Shown piece after piece: positions 62,340 to 64,000 of a DNA stretch of 64,000 nucleotides. Source of the DNA: Podarcis pityusensis. Taxonomy: Eukaryota. The DNA lies in assembly GCA_964106645.2 (NCBI GenBank), contig OZ067051.1; one strand, written 5' to 3'. Position numbers and translations under genes: made by a program. A model generated the notes under the pieces. The model was not told the DNA's origin. It worked only from the letters and a program-made list of their open reading frames with translations, and searched no databases. Numbering within the stretch: the stretch's first letter is position 1; each line of letters opens with the position of its first letter.

Positions 62340-62980
62340 TGGAAGCACCTGCTCTTCGTTGGGAGAGCAGCGGCGTGGCTTCTGAGCGCGGGCAGAGTGC
62401 GTCTCTCGACTTCCCTGGCCACGGGCTGGAAGGGGCCGGCCTCTCCTCCCTCTCTGCCCTCCCCGGAGGCGGCCACCGCTGCTGCTGCTGCTCCTCCTCC
62501 CCGCCGGCGTCCCGAGGCTCGCAGTCCGACTCCGGCCGTCTCCACCGCGGGCAAGATGCGGGCGCAGCTGCTGCCGCTGTTCCTGCTTGCGGTTTTTTCC
62601 GCGCTCGGCTCCTGCGTGCTCAGCCACCAGGAAGGTACGGCGGAGCGCGACCGGGGGTGGGGGGCACGAGAGAGGGAGCCAGGACGCCTCCCCCGAGAGG
62701 AGGAGGAGGAGGGGGAGGAGGAGCCGGTGACGATTTGTGGGGGGCTCCCAAGGGGGCGGCTGGCGCAAGAAGCGCACCTCTATGTGGGGGAGGGAGAGAA
62801 AGAAAAGCGGGGGCGTAGGAGCCTCCGCGCCTGGCCCCCTTTCTCCCCACGCCACATTCCCTTTCGCTTTCGCTACTTCGCCCTCGGAGGGTTTGGCCAG
62901 GAGCGCGCGTGTCCTCAGGCGCCCGCAGAAAAATGGAGGCGGCTAGGGGGAGAGCGGTCAAAGTGCGCCTGCCTCGCAGA
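62340..62980. promoter_or_regulatory. CpG island / promoter of the downstream gene
   Basis: Sharp rise in GC and CpG density around a first exon. Confidence 0.85.
62556..62634 (+). CDS. CTSH: First coding exon with signal peptide, probably cathepsin H
   Basis: AAGATG start, MRAQLLPLFLLAVFSALGSCVLSHQE, phase-1 donor AAG|GTACGG. CTSH is the same-strand downstream neighbour of RASGRF1 in mammals. Identity rests on synteny, not on protease motifs. Confidence 0.65.
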
Positions 62981-63358
62981 GTTTTGTGTTTTTATCTTGT
63001 ATTTTATTCTGTGAACCGTCCTGAAATCTCCGGATGAAGGACGGTATACAAATTTAATAAATAAGGGATTATTCGTTGTTATACTATTATCTCACTGGCT
63101 GGGATGGCAGGAACTTGGGTGGGTGGTCACCATCGTCCTGGGCGAGGGGTGTGCGGAGGCGCAGCTTGCTTCTGTGCATAATGTGCGGTGTAGTGGTTAG
63201 AGTGTCGGACTAGGGACCTGTGTGAACACGGTTCAAATCCCCACACAGCCATGAAGCTCACTAGGTGACCTTGGGCCTGACCGACCTCATAGGGTTGTTG
63301 TGAGGATAAAGTAGTTATGCCTGCTATCTTGAGTTCCTTGCAGGAGAGGCAGGATATA

Positions 63359-63670
63359 CAGGGTGAGTCTTTTAAAAGAGGCCCCGTGGAACATGTGTAT
63401 GGTACAGTGGTACCTCTGGTTAAGAACTTAATTCATTCTGGAGGTCCGTTCTTAACCTGAAACTGTTCGTAATCTGAGGCACTACTTTAGGTAATGGGGC
63501 CTCCTGCTGCCGCTGCACCACCACCGCACGATTTCTGTTCTCATCCTGAAGCAAAGTTCTTAACCCAAGTTATTATTTCTGGGTTAGCACAGTCTGTAAC
63601 TGAAGCGTCTGTAACCCGAGGTACCACTATACTCTGTATCCACGGGGCCTCTTTTAAAGGACTTGCCCTG
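63359..63670. mobile_element. Tiny Tc1/mariner hairpin MITE with nested pogo-type MITE (63405-63629)
   Basis: Outer TIRs CAGGGTGAGTCTTTTAAAAGAGGCCCCGTGGA...TCCACGGGGCCTCTTTTAAAGGACTTGCCCTG, TA-flanked. Confidence 0.8.
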
Positions 63671-63816
63671 TAAATGCTAATAATAAGATGTGAAACAGAA
63701 TCTTGCTAATTAGTATCTTAGGGTAGCATTTAATACACATCCAGCTCACACTGAAAACAGATGACTTCCGCCAAAGACTTCTGGAAACTCATTGTTTAAG
63801 GCTGTTGCAGCCTATA

Positions 63817-64000
63817 CAGTTGTACCTCGGGTTACATACGCTTCAGGTTACATACGCTTCAGGTTACATACGCTTCAGGTTACAGACTCCGCTAACCCAG
63901 AAATAGTGTTTCAGGTTAAGAACCTTGCTTCAGGATGAGAACAGAAATCGTGCTCCGGCGGTGCAGCAGCAGCAGGAGGCCCCATTAGCTAAAGTGGTGC
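63817..64000 (+). mobile_element. Tc1/pogo-type MITE (runs off window)
   Basis: TA|CAGTTGTACCTCGGGTTA; same body as 5651-5876. Confidence 0.9.

Noticed and set aside
1-64000. Most ORFs in the six-frame track
   Set aside because: Short, often non-ATG starts, overlapping repeats, microsatellites, gaps or exon antisense strands; no independent coding signal.

Overview
Vertebrate genomic DNA, almost certainly a squamate and probably a lacertid lizard, judged from Sauria SINEs with (ACCTTT)n tails, BovB, and CR1/L2/L1 fragments. The + strand carries RASGRF1 from the end of intron 1 through 26 coding exons (exons 2-27, 10699-56502) and the 3'UTR (AATAAA at 57902). All splice phases join into one open frame of 3498 nt (1165 aa plus stop); exon 1 lies upstream of the window. 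About 4.6 kb downstream, a CpG island holds a signal-peptide first exon, most likely CTSH by synteny. Introns are dense with transposons: a decayed Copia element, solo LTRs, hAT and Tc1/pogo MITEs, SINEs and LINE fragments. There are two assembly gaps. I cannot support a wholly new biological system here. The best leads are: (i) a repeat-free promoter-like motif cluster in intron 3 followed by an in-phase candidate alternative first exon; (ii) a SINE inserted at the exon-19 branch point, whose target-site duplication regenerates the branch point and which adds two sense AATAAA signals, while the same exon ends in a GC donor; (iii) a perfect 41-bp fold-back at an L2 junction upstream of the CTSH-like promoter; (iv) a G-quadruplex and hairpin in the 3'UTR; (v) a degenerate HDV-ribozyme-like fold in an RTE-type 5' fragment. 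Repeat family names come from recognition by eye, not from a database search.
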